Positions 46,234 through 60,149 of a stretch of 64,000 bases of DNA are shown here, piece by piece. The notes under the pieces were generated by a model. That model had not been told where the DNA came from. It ran no database searches and saw only the letters and a program-made list of their open reading frames with translations. How positions within the stretch are numbered: position 1 is the first letter of the stretch; each line of letters opens with the position of its first letter. The translations under genes were made by a program, and so were the position numbers. Source of the DNA: the human T2T-CHM13v2.0 reference genome, Homo sapiens; NCBI RefSeq assembly GCF_009914755.1, contig NC_060933.1; one strand, 5' to 3'.

Positions 46234-47050
46234 TGCATTAGTTTCCTGTGGCTGTTGTCACAAATTCCCACAAACTTGGTGGCTTTAAACAACGGAAATT
46301 TATTTTCTTACATTTATAGAGATCACAGGTCTGAAAGCAGTACTATTTGGCTGAAATGCAGGTATTGATAGGGCTGCACTCCCTCCAGAGGCTCCAGGGA
46401 GGAATCCATCCCTGTCTCTTCCCACTTCTGGGAGCTGCCTGCATTCTTTGGCTTGTGGCCCCACCACCAACTCTCTGCCTCCATAGACATGTTGCCTTCT
46501 TCTCTGCTTTCCTCTGATAAAGATCTAGGTGATTGCATTTAGAGTCCACTTGAATAATCCAAGATAATCTCCTCATCTCAAAACCCTTAAATTAATCACA
46601 TCTATAAAGTCCCTCTGTCCCATATACCAGTGGTCCCCAACACTTTTGGCACCAGAGACTGGTTTCATGGAAGACAATGCAAAAAATTGTCTTTCACTAA
46701 AGTCTCCCCAGAGGATGGGGACTGTTCCACCTCAGATCATCAGACGTTAGTTAGATTCTCATAAGGAGCATGCAACCTAGATCCCTGGCATATGCGGTTC
46801 ACAATAGGGCTCTGGCTCCTATGAGAAGCTAATGCTGTCACTGATCTGACAGAAGGCGGAGCTCAGATGGAAATGCATGCTCACTCACCTGCCACTCATC
46901 TCCTGCTGTGCAGCTCTGTTCCTAACAGGTCATGGACTGGCACTGGTCTGTGGCCCAGGGGTTGGGGACCCCACCATATAAGGTAACTTCCACAAGTTCT
47001 AGGGATTGAAGCATGGAAATCTTTTGTGGGACCATTATTCAGCTTACACA
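46234..47050 (-). mobile_element. MLT1C/D-type LTR, interrupted by MER1B
   Basis: TTAGTTTCCTGTGGCTG.TGTCACAAATT.CCACAAACTTGGTGGCTT...ATAATCCAAGATAATCTCC...ATTATTCAGC.TACACA. Confidence 0.88.
46628..46973. mobile_element. MER1B (hAT-Charlie)
   Basis: Terminal inverted repeats GGTCCCCAAC / GTTGGGGACC; 8 bp TSD CCATATAC / CCATATAA; internal TTAGATTCTCATAAGGAGC. Confidence 0.9.
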
Positions 47051-47267
47051 TTTTCTTTCCCAGCTCACTGCCTGGGAACTCTGATGGGCCGCTCACAGGC
47101 CTCAGAGCTCTGAGTTGTCCATTAACCCTTCCTCTTGTGTAAAAGAACAACAGGCAAACGTTAATATAAAGAGCCTTCACGCTCTTTCAAAAAATAATAG
47201 CAGCCAGGACCTTTTGCTCACTTCACAGTCTGGTTGTCATGGGATTATTTTCTTTCCAGAAATTAAT

Positions 47268-47620
47268 GTCTTTGGGGAAACTCAGAACCCTGACTTGGTA
47301 GTCACGGAGGCAAGGATTTGACTGGGATTTATTTGTGAGGTGATCTCAGGAAACACCAGCAGGGGAGTGGGGAAATGAGAGAGAGGAAGGAGGCCAAGAA
47401 AAGGTGTGTGATCAAAGTAGCCACTGTGGTGCGCAACCCAGCTCAGATCCCCTGGAGAACTCAGGAGGAGAATAAAGAAAATGTCCCAGGGTGAGAAAGC
47501 TGGAACAATCACTCGCCAAGCCCCACGTCTCAGCTGTGGGCATGAGCTCTTTGTCTAGCGTCCAGTGTTCCTCACTCACCAGTTGAGTCCAGCAGCCAGA
47601 ATAAAGACTCGGGCAAGGAG
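47268..47620 (-). mobile_element. ERVL LTR, LTR33/LTR16-like
   Basis: TTTATTTGTGAGGTGATCTCAGGAAACACCAGCAGGGGAGTGGGGAAATGAGA. Confidence 0.6.
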
Positions 47621-49202
47621 GTTTTCTGTTGTAACTAGACTTTGTTGTTTAGAAGTGAATTCCTCAGGGTCTCCCCAGCCTTTGCTGTAGCACCTAACAC
47701 CCTATCTCCAATTTCCTTTGTGATAATTATAATAGTCTGCATTCAAATTCATATTTGAGCTTACCGACTTGTATTTTTATGTTATCTAATTTATTCTTCC
47801 CAAGATAGACACAAAAAAGATTTTATGGGAAATGAAAACTCCAAAATCAAATCACTTGTCCAGGATGAAACCATATGTAATTAACAGCAGGGATGCACCC
47901 CCAATTCTGACTGGGATACCTTTGTCTGGGACTGGAATGCCCATTCCTTTGTGGACTTGACAAACTCCTACCCATCTGTCTTTGATGTAGCTGAAAAGTT
48001 GCAACTTTTGAAAATCAAGCACATAAATACAGGTAATTACAATAAATCTAAACAAGGAAAAAAGACAAGAAAAGGAAAGATGGCCAGTGAGAGATGGGAG
48101 ACTTCTTCCTGCATATCCAAGAGAGGGCAAGGGACTTCAATTGTGTAACAGATAAGGGAAAATATCAAAACATGCAGTATATAGGGTAAGGTACCGCAAG
48201 ATTTTATCTTAAAGTCCAGAGACAGAAGCCAAAGTAAAAAGAAGTTTTACCAGATTTTAATAGGGAATCTAAGGAAGAAGACTGCAAAATTGCTATATCC
48301 TATAATGTGGGAGGTGACAACTGGCAGCTGATGACAGCTGTTAGGAACAGGGAGAGCCGAGGGTGAGCCCAAGCCTACAGGGACCTCCAGCACGGAGGGG
48401 AGGCCGCAACAAGGGAGACCTGTTCCAGTCAGTACCGTCCAGTGAAAACTGTGCAGTGTTGTTCTCAGCTGCCCATATGATGCTCTACAGTGGGGAACAT
48501 CAGATTTTCCAGTACTATCAACTCTGCCTGATATATACATGTCAACCAAAGAGAGAAATCAAAAGAGAGAGAGAAAGCTTTAAGGGGTGAGATGACGCTG
48601 AAGAGGCAGTGGGGATGGTGTGAACATCAGGAGAAGGAGTGTGGGCTGAGGGTAGGAGGGAAGTTACACGGGAGATCACCAGATGCACAGGCAGGTGCAG
48701 GGAAAAGACTCACAGGTCAGAGACACAGCCAGGCAGGGAAGGAAGTGTGGCCTGGAGCCCTGAAGGCTGAAGAGGGCTTCCTGAGAGCACAACCCTCCCT
48801 CCATGTATCCCAGGAAGAAATAAAGTGATCCACCATATGTAGGCAGATGGTCAGTTCGCCAGGATGGAAATTCGGGTGACCAGCCCAAGGACAGGCACTA
48901 AAGGAAGCATTTACAGAGACCAGACTTAGGGAGGCACTGCCTCTGAGGTAGTTGGATTTTCTCCATTTGAAAAGTGGTGCAACTGGGGAATCACAGAGTC
49001 GAAGTACCTGACCAAGGTGACAAAGGTAGGAAGTTGAAGATCTGGAACTGGATCCAGACTGACCCCTGCACTCCAAAACCAGCACCATGGACATGCTCAC
49101 ACCACCTCTCCAGGCATGAGGAAGCCATTAGGGTTCTAATGACCAAAGGAATAAAGTTAGGCAGCTAGCCATCCCCTCCCAGGATCTTCCCTCTTCCTCT
49201 CA

Positions 49203-49203
<1 letters not shown>

Positions 49204-49266
<63 letters not shown>

Positions 49267-49281
49267 ACACACATATATATA
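49204..49281. repeat. (TA)n(TG)~21 compound microsatellite next to an Alu tail
   Basis: Directly visible. Confidence 0.95.
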
Positions 49282-49282
49282 G

Positions 49283-49584
<302 letters not shown>

Positions 49585-49652
49585 CCAGCACGATATATTT
49601 TTATCGAAAGTGTAAGGATGCAAGAAATAAGTAACTTTAGAATTTTAGGCCA

Positions 49653-49936
49653 GGCCAAGCAAGGTGGCTCACACCTGTGATCCCAAAGCTTTGAGAGGGT
49701 GAGATGGAAGGATGGCTTGAAGCTAGGAGTTTGAGACCAGCCTGGGTGACATAGCGAGACCCCATCTCTGAAAAAAATTTTTAAAATTAACTTGGCATGG
49801 TGGCATGTGCCTGTAGCCCCAGCTACTTGGGAGGCTGAGGTCGGAGATAGCTTTAGCCCAGGAGTTTGAGATTTCAGAGAGCTATGATCATGCCACTGCA
49901 CTCCAGCAAGACCCTGTCTCAAAATTTTTTTAAAAA
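49653..49936 (+). mobile_element. AluJ
   Basis: GGATGGCTTGA..GCTAGGAGTTTGAGACCAGCCTGGG and GAGCTATGATCATGCC; TSD AGAATTTTAGGC. Confidence 0.92.
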
Positions 49937-52732
49937 AGAATTTTAGGCAAGAAAAATTGGAAATACCTAGGAGCCAAAACCTTTATGAAACCTCATAATG
50001 TTTCCAAAAATAGATGGAATTACTCCTGAGTTCCACTAAAACTTGTTAGTCAGGGTTTTGACAAAGTAATAAACGTGATGTATCAATTATTTTGTTAACA
50101 AAGAGAAGAGGAAAGAATTAGGAATTGGAAGCCTTTGATCCCATGGAAAGTAAAGTACAAAAAATGTTATTGTGAGCCTAGCGGCAGCCTTCATAAACAT
50201 AAAAAATGACATATAATCCCTATGGAGTGTAATTTTTAAAAACTCGATGTCCAACTCCTTGCTTATTCGTCCTCAAAGAAACAGTGATGCCTGTTAAAGA
50301 GGGAAGATAGACGCCACTTCGTCTCATGCAAATAGGTCAGAAGGAGGCCCTGGACAGTATGAAAGTTGGCAAGGTTCTTTTCATTTTGTTTTGTTTTAAG
50401 TAAGGCAAGCAAGGGAGATGGCATGGAAGTTTGAGGGAGGTATGTTCTAACACCGTTCCTAATTGTGACGACTGTGTTGGCTCAACAATGACTAAATCAG
50501 AAACTCAAAGCTGGAAATGGGCATCACAGGCTTCTGGAAAGATAAAAAGCCACAAGATGTGTAGAATCCACATTGCTGCCTGTGTCAGCGACAGATTGCC
50601 CTCATAAAAGGTCTTGTCTGTTCCAGGGTACACTATGGTGTTTCAACCCTGGAGAACGGAGAGCTGTGTACTGAACCCGATTCTTAAATTTTGTGGTTGT
50701 AAAATGTCTGGGTCACTGATGTAGAAGCTTTCAAGAGCACCCGTGGTAGGAATTCCTAATCCCTTGCCCCCCAAATAACCCCATTCTCCCAAGTGAAATT
50801 CCATTGTTAGAGTTCCATCGTTTCAGCAGGGAGGCAATTCTAGGAGGAGATCGCATCAATTATACCTCAGAAGTTCCAGATCATTTCTCTGAGGACAGAC
50901 TTTGAAAGAAGGAGAGACAGGATCTCTGAGGAGGGAAACTGGCACAAAGAGAAAAACCCTGCACACAGGGAGAAGACGATTTACGTGCCTCCAGTCAGCC
51001 CCATGGACAGCATGGCCCCATGACATTGCTCTGCTCCCCCAAATTTATTTTCAATAAAATCATCCATCAGGATGTGACTAGGTCGTGCTCCAAGCCTTAA
51101 GAAAGAAAAGCCAGACACGAATTCCAGACTCTAGCATGACTTCTATAGTAGCAAGCATGTATGGTTCGAATACTGACAGTTTACCTGTCCAAGAGCTTGG
51201 CTGGAAGCCTTGTATTTTTATGACAAATAATGCCTTTGGTTGGTGCATGAAACGAATAGTGAGTGTGTTTGTTGTATCGTTTGTGTGGGAAGCCACGTCT
51301 CAGTTTAGCACATGCCTATTCATATTCAATAAAATATCCGAGGGGAACCCCATTCTGAAGAAAGATGCACATCCATTCTGTAGGCATCTTTTATCTGTGT
51401 CTGAAAACTGAGCTCTCTGAGAAGAATTTTTCACATGTTCTTAATAATACCATTTTTTCTTTACAGAATACACTGTGTAGCAGGAAAACGGAAATGAATT
51501 GTCATAGAGTGAATTGGGTATGTTTGTATTCAGTCATCACTTGGGGAATTTTTTCTCCATTGTCAAACACCAAATACTAAATGCCTATGGAAATAATAGG
51601 CAAGTTTTATTTCCATGCTTTTCAACTTTCTGCCCCTGGGAGGTACCATGTGTCATCTGGCCGCCAGTCACTCAATGACCGGAGACTTCCATGTGCTGTG
51701 TGAGACAGGGGAGTGTCTAAACGCTGAATGTTCCTTGGACAAGCTGAGGGGTAAAACGGAGTCTGACATCTGACCACCCCCCAGGGGTTTTCTTTCTGTG
51801 GACTTTCCCTGCTTTTGTAGCATGCTCATGCTCATTTTATGTCAGAAATTTTTCTCAAGAAGTGACTTGAACTTTATTACTCACAGGAAGGGTTAGATGA
51901 GGGGAAGGAGGTTAGAGGGCCAGGGAGTTCCACTGTGCAAGTATCTGAGGGAGGCTAGGCCTGCCTGTCTCCCAAAACCAGTCCTCGAAAAGGCCTGGGT
52001 TGAATTGGTGTGGAGAATGCCTTAGGGTTCTAATTTTGTCCAAGTGTCACAGTGTCGAAAAATAGATCAGACTATAGCGTCAGGAGCAGTGCCAGACCCA
52101 AGTGTAGGGTTTTTTTTTCTTTTTTTTTTTTTTTTCTCTGATTTCTCTCAAGAAGAAAGCAGTGTCATGCTGTTGTCTGGATCCTTCTTGTTGACCTGGG
52201 TCACTAGGAGTTAGGAGGGCCGGCTTTTTGCTTTTATTTTCTCTGTTTTTGTTGTTTTAAAAGGCAATTTGTATAAAGTCTTAAATGTAATGAGTTAAAA
52301 GCACAGGACGAGGCAGGGCACAGCAGGAACTGGGGCCCACCCAAACAGGGTAACTGAGAACAGCATAATGATTATACATTTATTATACAAAAGAGTGGGC
52401 AGGGTGAAGGGGGCATGAGAAGGGCGGTGCAGCCTCCCTAGAGAGGAGCCCTTTCCACTCCTAGACCTGCTGGGGCCCAGCTTCTCAGAGAGTGGTCCTG
52501 AACCAGCAGCATCAGCATCCCTGGGAACCTGTCAAAGATTTAGGCACAATCGCAGTCACTAGTGGGTTACACACATTTTAGCATTTGTCATGTTAAACAA
52601 TTTTTAAGCAAACTTAATTTTCAAGAGCGAACGAATGGCTAAATTACACTTAATAGAATATTGGCAGCCTGTTTAAGAGAGCAGCGTTTTCAAAGAAAAA
52701 TTTAAGTAAAATCTCTTCTCCATTTAAAAAAT

Positions 52733-52741
52733 TCTCTCTCT

Positions 52742-52794
<53 letters not shown>

Positions 52795-52812
52795 TAGATT
52801 AGATAGAGGATG

Positions 52813-52855
<43 letters not shown>

Positions 52856-52856
52856 C
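52733..52856. repeat. Compound STR (CT)n(AC)22...(GATA)10
   Basis: Counted directly: AC run 52746-52790 and GATA run 52813-52852. Confidence 0.97.
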
Positions 52857-53439
52857 TGAGGATAAGAAACATTTAAAAACATCATAAGAAGTCAAATATC
52901 CATTCTCTTGAAAGATTAGTTTCAAAGTGTCTAGAAAAAGAAAATGCCATTTTACTTTTTGGCTAAAGATTTCTGAGGAAGAAAAACGTTCATATTCTTT
53001 AAAGTTTGAAAAATCATTTATACTTCAAAGCCCAGGTCCAAGTTTGTGGGCTGCCCCCATGAATACTCTCCCCAGGTGGCAGCACCCGACGTGACATGGC
53101 AAAAGCATGCTGTGGACAAGCAGAAAATTGATGTGGAGCTATGGACTGTTTGCCCGCCAATGTCTACAACAGGGAAGAAAATACGAGAGAAAATGGGTTT
53201 GTCTCCCTATTACTGGAAGGGATAAAATCTTCTTGGGTTACAAAAGATCTTATTGATTGCAGATCCCAGATATTTGCATATTTTCTGTTGGTTTGTCAGA
53301 GGTTCTAAAAAATTATTTTCAGGATTGTTTATATAATTTGAGTAAAGATGTTTAGTCTTTTCCCCGTCTATATCTTGCTTTTGGTGGACAGAAATTATTC
53401 ATTTTAATGGAACTTGAATTTATTTATTTTTTTCTGTAT

Positions 53440-53970
53440 ATTCAAAGTCAGGAGAACAGGTAGCCCAAAAAACAAGGGAAAAAGAACTACCACCACATGG
53501 TTCAATAGAGAGAACTAACTATGGAGAACTTGTCACGGAAGTGTTGGAATTGCTGAGAAGCCACACAAGGGATGCTGAGGCAATCAGAGAGGAGCTACAG
53601 CAGAAAGTGACTGCCACTTTCAAGGGCTGCAGGGACAGAGGGAGGAAGTTGATTGACCAGAATGGAGGTGGTACTACCTGTGGGAGCTGAACCCATGAGG
53701 TGGGCTGCCTGGTGGGAGCTGGGACCTGGGAGGGACCTGGAGTTGTCTGGGAGGAGATGAAGTCACTGCCAGAGGAGCCACCTCGCAAGCTTCTTTCTTC
53801 CTCCTACCACCAAGCTCCAGCCAATGAGTCCTGTTAAACCAACTCAGCCAGATGCCGGCTGCAAGGGAGCATGGACTCCACAGATGCCAGGGGTCGGCCT
53901 CTTCTGTACAGAGCAGAGCAGAGGACAGGAAATGGGCCAGAGAGCGAACTGCAAGATAGCACATCCTTGA
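53440..53970. mobile_element. Possible old ERVL LTR (LTR40/41-like); a similar piece lies at ~52305-52470
   Basis: Purine-rich LTR-like sequence; the family is only tentatively recognised. Confidence 0.3.
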
Positions 53971-53979
53971 TGGTCAGTG

Positions 53980-56140
53980 CTTGTTGGGTCTTCCTTCTTT
54001 AAAACTCGTTTCTACTATGAGGACATGAATATATTCTTCTATGTTATCTCCTACCAGCTGGACATAAGGTTTCACATTTAAGTGAACAATCCATCTGGAA
54101 TTGGTATTCATATATAGCGTGAGGTAGGGATGAAATTGCAATTTTCTGTTTATGAAATGTTGATTTACCTCAGCACTGTGTACCAAAAATACCATTGTTT
54201 CCCCCGTTCTGTTATGCTAACTTTGTCACAAGTTAACTGTATATGAATGGTCTGTTTCTGGATTCTCTACTCTGTTCCAATTGTCTGTTTTTTATTCCTA
54301 TGCTAATGTTATAATTTTTTTGTATTATTGCTTTATAATAAATTGTGTCCTTTTTCTGGTAGAGCAGGTCCTCCCACTTTTTTGCATGAGGATTTTTCAG
54401 TTATTGGCTTTCTATATTTCTATATAAATTTTAGAATCAGTTTTTCAAGTTCCATAAAAAATATCCTCAACTGAGGTTTTGACTGGGATGACCTTGAACC
54501 TATAAATCAAGTTGGAGAAAATTAACATCTTTAAAATGAATTTTCCAATTGATAAATATGGTATGCCTTTAATGTTTCTTAATACAGTTTTGTAATTTTC
54601 CCTGTGTCTTTTATGAAGTTACTAGACACTTTTATGGTCCTGACACATAGAAATACAATTTATTTTTACACTTTTTATGCAACGAACTTGCTGAATTTTA
54701 CTTAACATTCTAATAGTTGATCTGGGCATTCTTTTGGATTTTCCATATACTCAAATATGTCATCTGCACATAATAATGACTTGTTTCTCCCTTTTCAATA
54801 ATTAAAAATTATAATCCTATACTGGCTGGGGATTCCACTACAATGTGAAATATAAGAGGTGATCTCAGACATCTTTGTTTCATTCCCAATTTCAAAGGAA
54901 ATTTTCAGGATGACTCAATTAAATAGAATATTAGCTGTATGGTTTTATTGATAATGTTTACCCAGCTCAGGAAGTTTCCTTCCATTTCTCATTTTCTTAG
55001 AGTCTGTGTATATTAATAAAATATAAATGGATGTGATAATTACAAATAATAAATAAATAATTACAAATCAATGTTGAATTTTGTCAGGTGCTGTTTTGCA
55101 CCTCCTAAGGACATCACATGATACATTCCCTGAAATCTCTCAACATGGTGAATTATATTGATTAATTCTCTGGCAATCTCACATTCCTGATATGAACACA
55201 TTTGGTTATAATGTATTTTCCTTTTTATATATTGTTGGATTTAGTTCTCTTATATGTTGTATAGGATAACATTTATGTTTATGAATAAACTTGGCCTGCT
55301 ATTTTTCTTTCATTTACCGTCCTCGCCAGGGTTTGGTATGGTTATACCAGCATGCTAGTTTTCTATTGCTGCTGTAACAAATTACCACAAACTCAGTGAC
55401 TTAAACAACACAAATTTATTACCTCACAGTTCTAGAGGTCAGAAATCTGACACGGGTCTCACTGGGCTAAAATCAAATCAAGGTGGCCGCAGGGCTGCAT
55501 TCTGATCTCAAGGCTCTAGGGGAGAGTCTGTTTCCTACTCATTTAGGTTGTTGGCAGAATTCAGCTCCTTGGGATTTTAGTACCATGATTCCTAATTCCT
55601 TACTGGTTGTAAGCTGAGGATCATCACCAGCTTCAAGAGGCTTCCATATCTTTTGCTTGAAAACCCCATCCTCCGTTTTCAAAGCCAGCAACAGCCTATC
55701 TGAGTCCCTCTCCTGTCGCGTCTCTCTCATCCTCCTTCCGCAGTCATACCTTGCTCTGATTGCAGCCAGAAAACTTTACTTGCTTTTCTGAAGTCATGTG
55801 ATTAGATTGGGCTCGCTTGGATAATAGGGTAATCTCCCCATATCAAGGACAACTTTAACACATCTACAAAGTCCCTTTTTCCTTGGAAGGTAACGCATTC
55901 ACAGGTTCCAGGAACTAGGTCATGGACATCCTTGGGGAGCCATCATCTGCCTACTACAATCAGTAAACCAGGGAGTTTACGAAGGTTTTCTAGACCCTGA
56001 CATAGTTTGCGTTAAATTGGAATTTTTTTACTTTTTAGTATATTTGGTCAAACTTACCAGTGAAGCTACAAGAGCCTTGAAATTTTTTAGAGGAATTTTT
56101 ATTGCTATTTATACTACTCAAGATAATAGGTTATTCTGTA
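53980..56140 (-). mobile_element. Old L1M ORF2-region fragments, interrupted by MLT1
   Basis: GTCTGTTTCTGGATTCTCTA.TCTGTTCCA, AAATTTTAGAATCAGTT and ATATGTCATCTGCA (reverse complement encodes ADD). Confidence 0.8.
55352..55958 (-). mobile_element. MLT1D/E-type LTR
   Basis: TAGTTTTCTATTGCTGCTGTAACAAATTACCACAAACTCAGTG.CTTAAACAACAC...CTGCCTACTACA. Confidence 0.88.
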
Positions 56141-56269
56141 GTAAATGGTTTATTTCCTGCTCATGTCACACTTGGCTGGAGGTTGGATGATCTTCTTGTG
56201 GCTATCCTTGAAGCTGCCACTCAGTGATGCAGATTTCCTCCAAAAAGGGGAAAAAATATGCATGAATAG

Positions 56270-56530
56270 TAGAATGGAGTAATAAATTATTCTATATTTA
56301 TGCTTTGGAATGATAGCAAAGAAAATGAGCAAACGAGAACTACATGCAACAGCATAGGTGATTCTTACAATGCCATGCAATAAGCAAAAAATGAAGAAAT
56401 TATACAGGATTATTTCACTCATATGAAGCTCAAAATCAGGCAAAACTATATTTTTCAGGGTTCCATAAACAAGAGGTAAAAGTAAAACATGATAGTAAGT
56501 ACAAAAATTAAGGACATTGGTTACTCTAGC
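56270..56530 (+). mobile_element. L1M 3'UTR fragment
   Basis: ACTACATGCAACAGCATAGGTGATTCTTACAA...GAAGCTCAAAATCAGGCAAAACT. Confidence 0.65.
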
Positions 56531-56852
56531 TTTAAAGAATATTTAGATCCCTTGAAGTTCAAAAACCCTGTCTTTAAAGTTATCTTTTACCAAGTCTCTC
56601 TTAAATTTTGATTATTACTATCAGAAGTTTCTCCTTGCCTTGAGAATGGAGTGGACCTTACAGGCATATTTCCCAAAAGAAGAGAAAACATCTATTAAAT
56701 TATTTTAAGCAGCACTACATACTAGAAGACAGTTATTAATATGGAAAATGGCTTTGAAATAGGTGGAGGCAGAAACAAATTGCTTTTTCTAAGCCCTCAC
56801 CTGTTAGGTTAAGATGAAGTTGTCCTTCTATTTCAATGGTCAAAAGTGCTCA

Positions 56853-57128
<276 letters not shown>

Positions 57129-57339
57129 CTAATTCTGTGTGTCCGTGAATACACTTGTGCAAATATGCACATATGGCTTATTCCAGGGAGTGCCTTTCAC
57201 ACACAATATGATGTGAATTGTTCCCCTGTGAAATCACGTGTGTTTGTATTTGTGTGGGTGTGCATGTATAAATTGTCATATGCATCTTAGTCATTTGTAG
57301 ATCTTTCATCAGTAATTCTGAAGTTTCAATCCACACTCT

Positions 57340-58072
57340 TTTTTAACTTTTATTTTAGATTCAGGGATACGTGTGCAAGTTTGTTATATAGATAAACTCA
57401 TGTCATGGGGGTTTGGTATACAGATTATTTTATCACTTGGGTACTGAACTTAATACCCAATAGTTATTTTTTCTGTTTATCTCCCTCCTCCAACCCTTCA
57501 CCCTCAAGTAGGGCCCAGTGTGTGTTGTTTCCCTTTTAGTGTCCACGTGTTCTCATCATTTAGCTCCCACTTATAAATGAGAACATGCAGTATTTGGTTT
57601 TCTGTTCCTGTGTTAGTTTGCATAGGATAATGGCCTCCAGTCACATCCATGTTCCTGCAAAAGACATGATCTCTTTCTTTTTTATGGCTGCATAGTATTC
57701 CATGGTGTATACCACATTTTCTTTATCCAGTCTACCATCAATGGGCATTTAAGTTGTTTCTGTGTCTTTGCCATAGTCAATAGGGCTGCAGTGAACATAT
57801 GTGTGCATGTGTCTTTTTGGTCTAACAATTTATATTCCTTTGGGTACATACCCAGCAATGGGACTGCTGGGTCAAATGGTAGTTCTGTTTTTAGCTCTTT
57901 GAGGAATTGCCACACTGATTTCCACAATGATTGAACTAATTTACATTCCCACCAACGGTGTATAAGCATTCCCTTTTCTCCACAATGTTGCCAGCACCTA
58001 TTTTTTTTTTTTTTTGACTTTTTGTTAATAGCCATTCTGACTGGGGTGAGATGGTATCTTATTGCAGTTTTG
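57340..58072 (-). mobile_element. 5'-truncated L1PA (older, about L1PA13-16) 3' end
   Basis: ORF2 C-terminus [10 protein letters not shown]...[11 protein letters not shown]...DWIKKMWY plus 3'UTR; TSD TCAATCCACACTCTTT / TCAATCCTCATTCTTT. Confidence 0.92.
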
Positions 58073-59793
58073 TCAATCCTCATTCTTTAATAATCACAGT
58101 CAAAATAACCATAGTTTAAAATAGCCAAAGAACAAATTGAAAAGCGTGCATTGACACTTTACAATTAATGCAGCCAAGTTTGTGGTTCTGTGGTTGGTTG
58201 GCTACAATTATACAGAGATATAGATGGTGTTTTCTTCATTGCCCCAAAGCCACCAGTTTTCAAAATGTTTTCTTTGGAATTCTGATAATCTCCAAGTTAT
58301 TATTATATATTTCATGAGCAGAAATAAAAGTGGCTTTGATTCAAAGTAATTAGGGGAAAGGGTTAAACAATATAAACAGTTGCCTCAACCACTTGTAGTC
58401 TTCATTATGCTCAGTGCATTTTACCTCTCCAAGTAAGGATACAAGATTCAGCCTTTCTAAACTTATATGTGCTTTTGGCTTGGAATTGCCACCCAGACTA
58501 GTGATCCTTAGACAATTTTGATGGTAACACCTGTCAACAGAGCCAAAATAGTAAAGCAACTACAAAGACCTCATTGGCTTACTTTACCTAACCCTTCCCA
58601 ATTTTTACTGAAAAGAAGAAATATCAATGGAATTGCATGAGAAACATAATACTTTGATTCATTTTATGGTTCATCAGCAGACTTTCATGGCCTACCATAG
58701 ACATACCTGAGGAACACTACCCTGGATCATATCATTTTCTTTTAAATATTTAAATGGCTACAATTTCATGGAATCCATTGTAAAGATGTAAACTTAGTCT
58801 GAATAGTTGTTTAGGTCATCCTAAGTGCAATAAATTATAACCAGCTACACAGAATAAAAACACCTTTTCTCTCTTTAATAACTGTAATCTGTTATCTACA
58901 GAACTAACTCTTGACTTTAAGAATAGTATTTCCATAATCATCTATAATTAAGTCAAAAAATTTAGGATTATTTTGCAAGTATGCATGCTGCCAAAAAAGC
59001 CACACCATTTAAGAATTAAGTATCTCACAAGCCATTTATGGATGAGGGTTTATTTTTACCCCATGGTTGGAGTTATTTGCCTTCAAAATAACTGAACTCA
59101 ATAACCCCATAGAGCATCAAAGGGGGGAAGTGTTTCCATATGTTAAATAGCAACCTTCTAAGGAACATGACATAAATGACTGGGTTGTGGGGGCTACTTA
59201 AACCACATGTTAGTCATCTCCAGCAACAGCCAGGAAACCATGCCTGTGTTGCAAGACAAGTGAGTAGAGCATTGAAATATAGCATGTGTGGCCTTCAGGC
59301 TTCAGAACTATTTTCATGATTATGTGCCATCCTTGCTCTTAATCTCTTCCTTGGATTCACATGGGCTGTGCTCTCAGGGGAACTAAAGCAGAAGTGTCAC
59401 TCAAGGCCAAATGCAGCCACAGCTTACTTACAAACCACCAAGGGCAGACGTGACTTAGCCAGATGAAATGTTTTCTCTGCAATTAGCTTCAGCCAGTTCC
59501 TCTTGTCCTCCATCACCCCCTCCCTATTCACACTCTGGATATTTATCCTTTGAGAGTCACCTGTTAGCAACCGCATGGCCATTCGGTCTCCAGTCAGGAA
59601 CAAGCTGCTGCTATGATCACAATGTGCTTAAACCAGAAATAAATGTGAGTTACCAAGAAATTCCTTAGCCTAAGAACAAATGGGTCTGTAATAATTAACT
59701 GGAAATGGTCTTTTTTTTATTTTTTAAGTTTATTCTTGGAATGGCTGGAACTCTTTCTCACTATTAACTATTGAAAATAATGCTTAGATCCCA

Positions 59794-60126
59794 TTGGCAT
59801 CCTCACATTCTCTATCTTTAGCTTCAGCCACTGATGTGGTGATCACTTCTACACAGGCTTCTATCATCTTCATACAAACGTAGTCTGAAATTGTCTGTCT
59901 TACCTGCAAGCTCTCTCTTTCCTTCTCTGCTAGAACGTCTCTGACATTTTTCTTTTTTCTACTTTGAAATCATTTCTACTTGAAGTTTTGTTCTCAGAAA
60001 TATCCCTAATGTATGTGTGTATGTGTAGTTGTGTATCAAATACCCATTGGTATATGATTACTTGCAAAAAAATTCAAATCATTCAGAAAAGTTCTAAGAA
60101 GTAAATAACTTCTAATCCCGTGGCTC
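59794..60126 (+). repeat. Inverted repeat arm A (~333 bp)
   Basis: Hand-aligned to the reverse complement of 63126-63446 at ~88% identity. Confidence 0.95.
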
Positions 60127-60149
60127 TAATCCTTTGATCAATTCCTCTT

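Noticed and set aside
51085-51411. 108 aa ORF and a B-box-like GGTTCGAATAC (~51162)
   Set aside because: The ORF has a non-ATG start and no homology. There is no A-box, cloverleaf or terminator to support a tRNA or Pol III gene.
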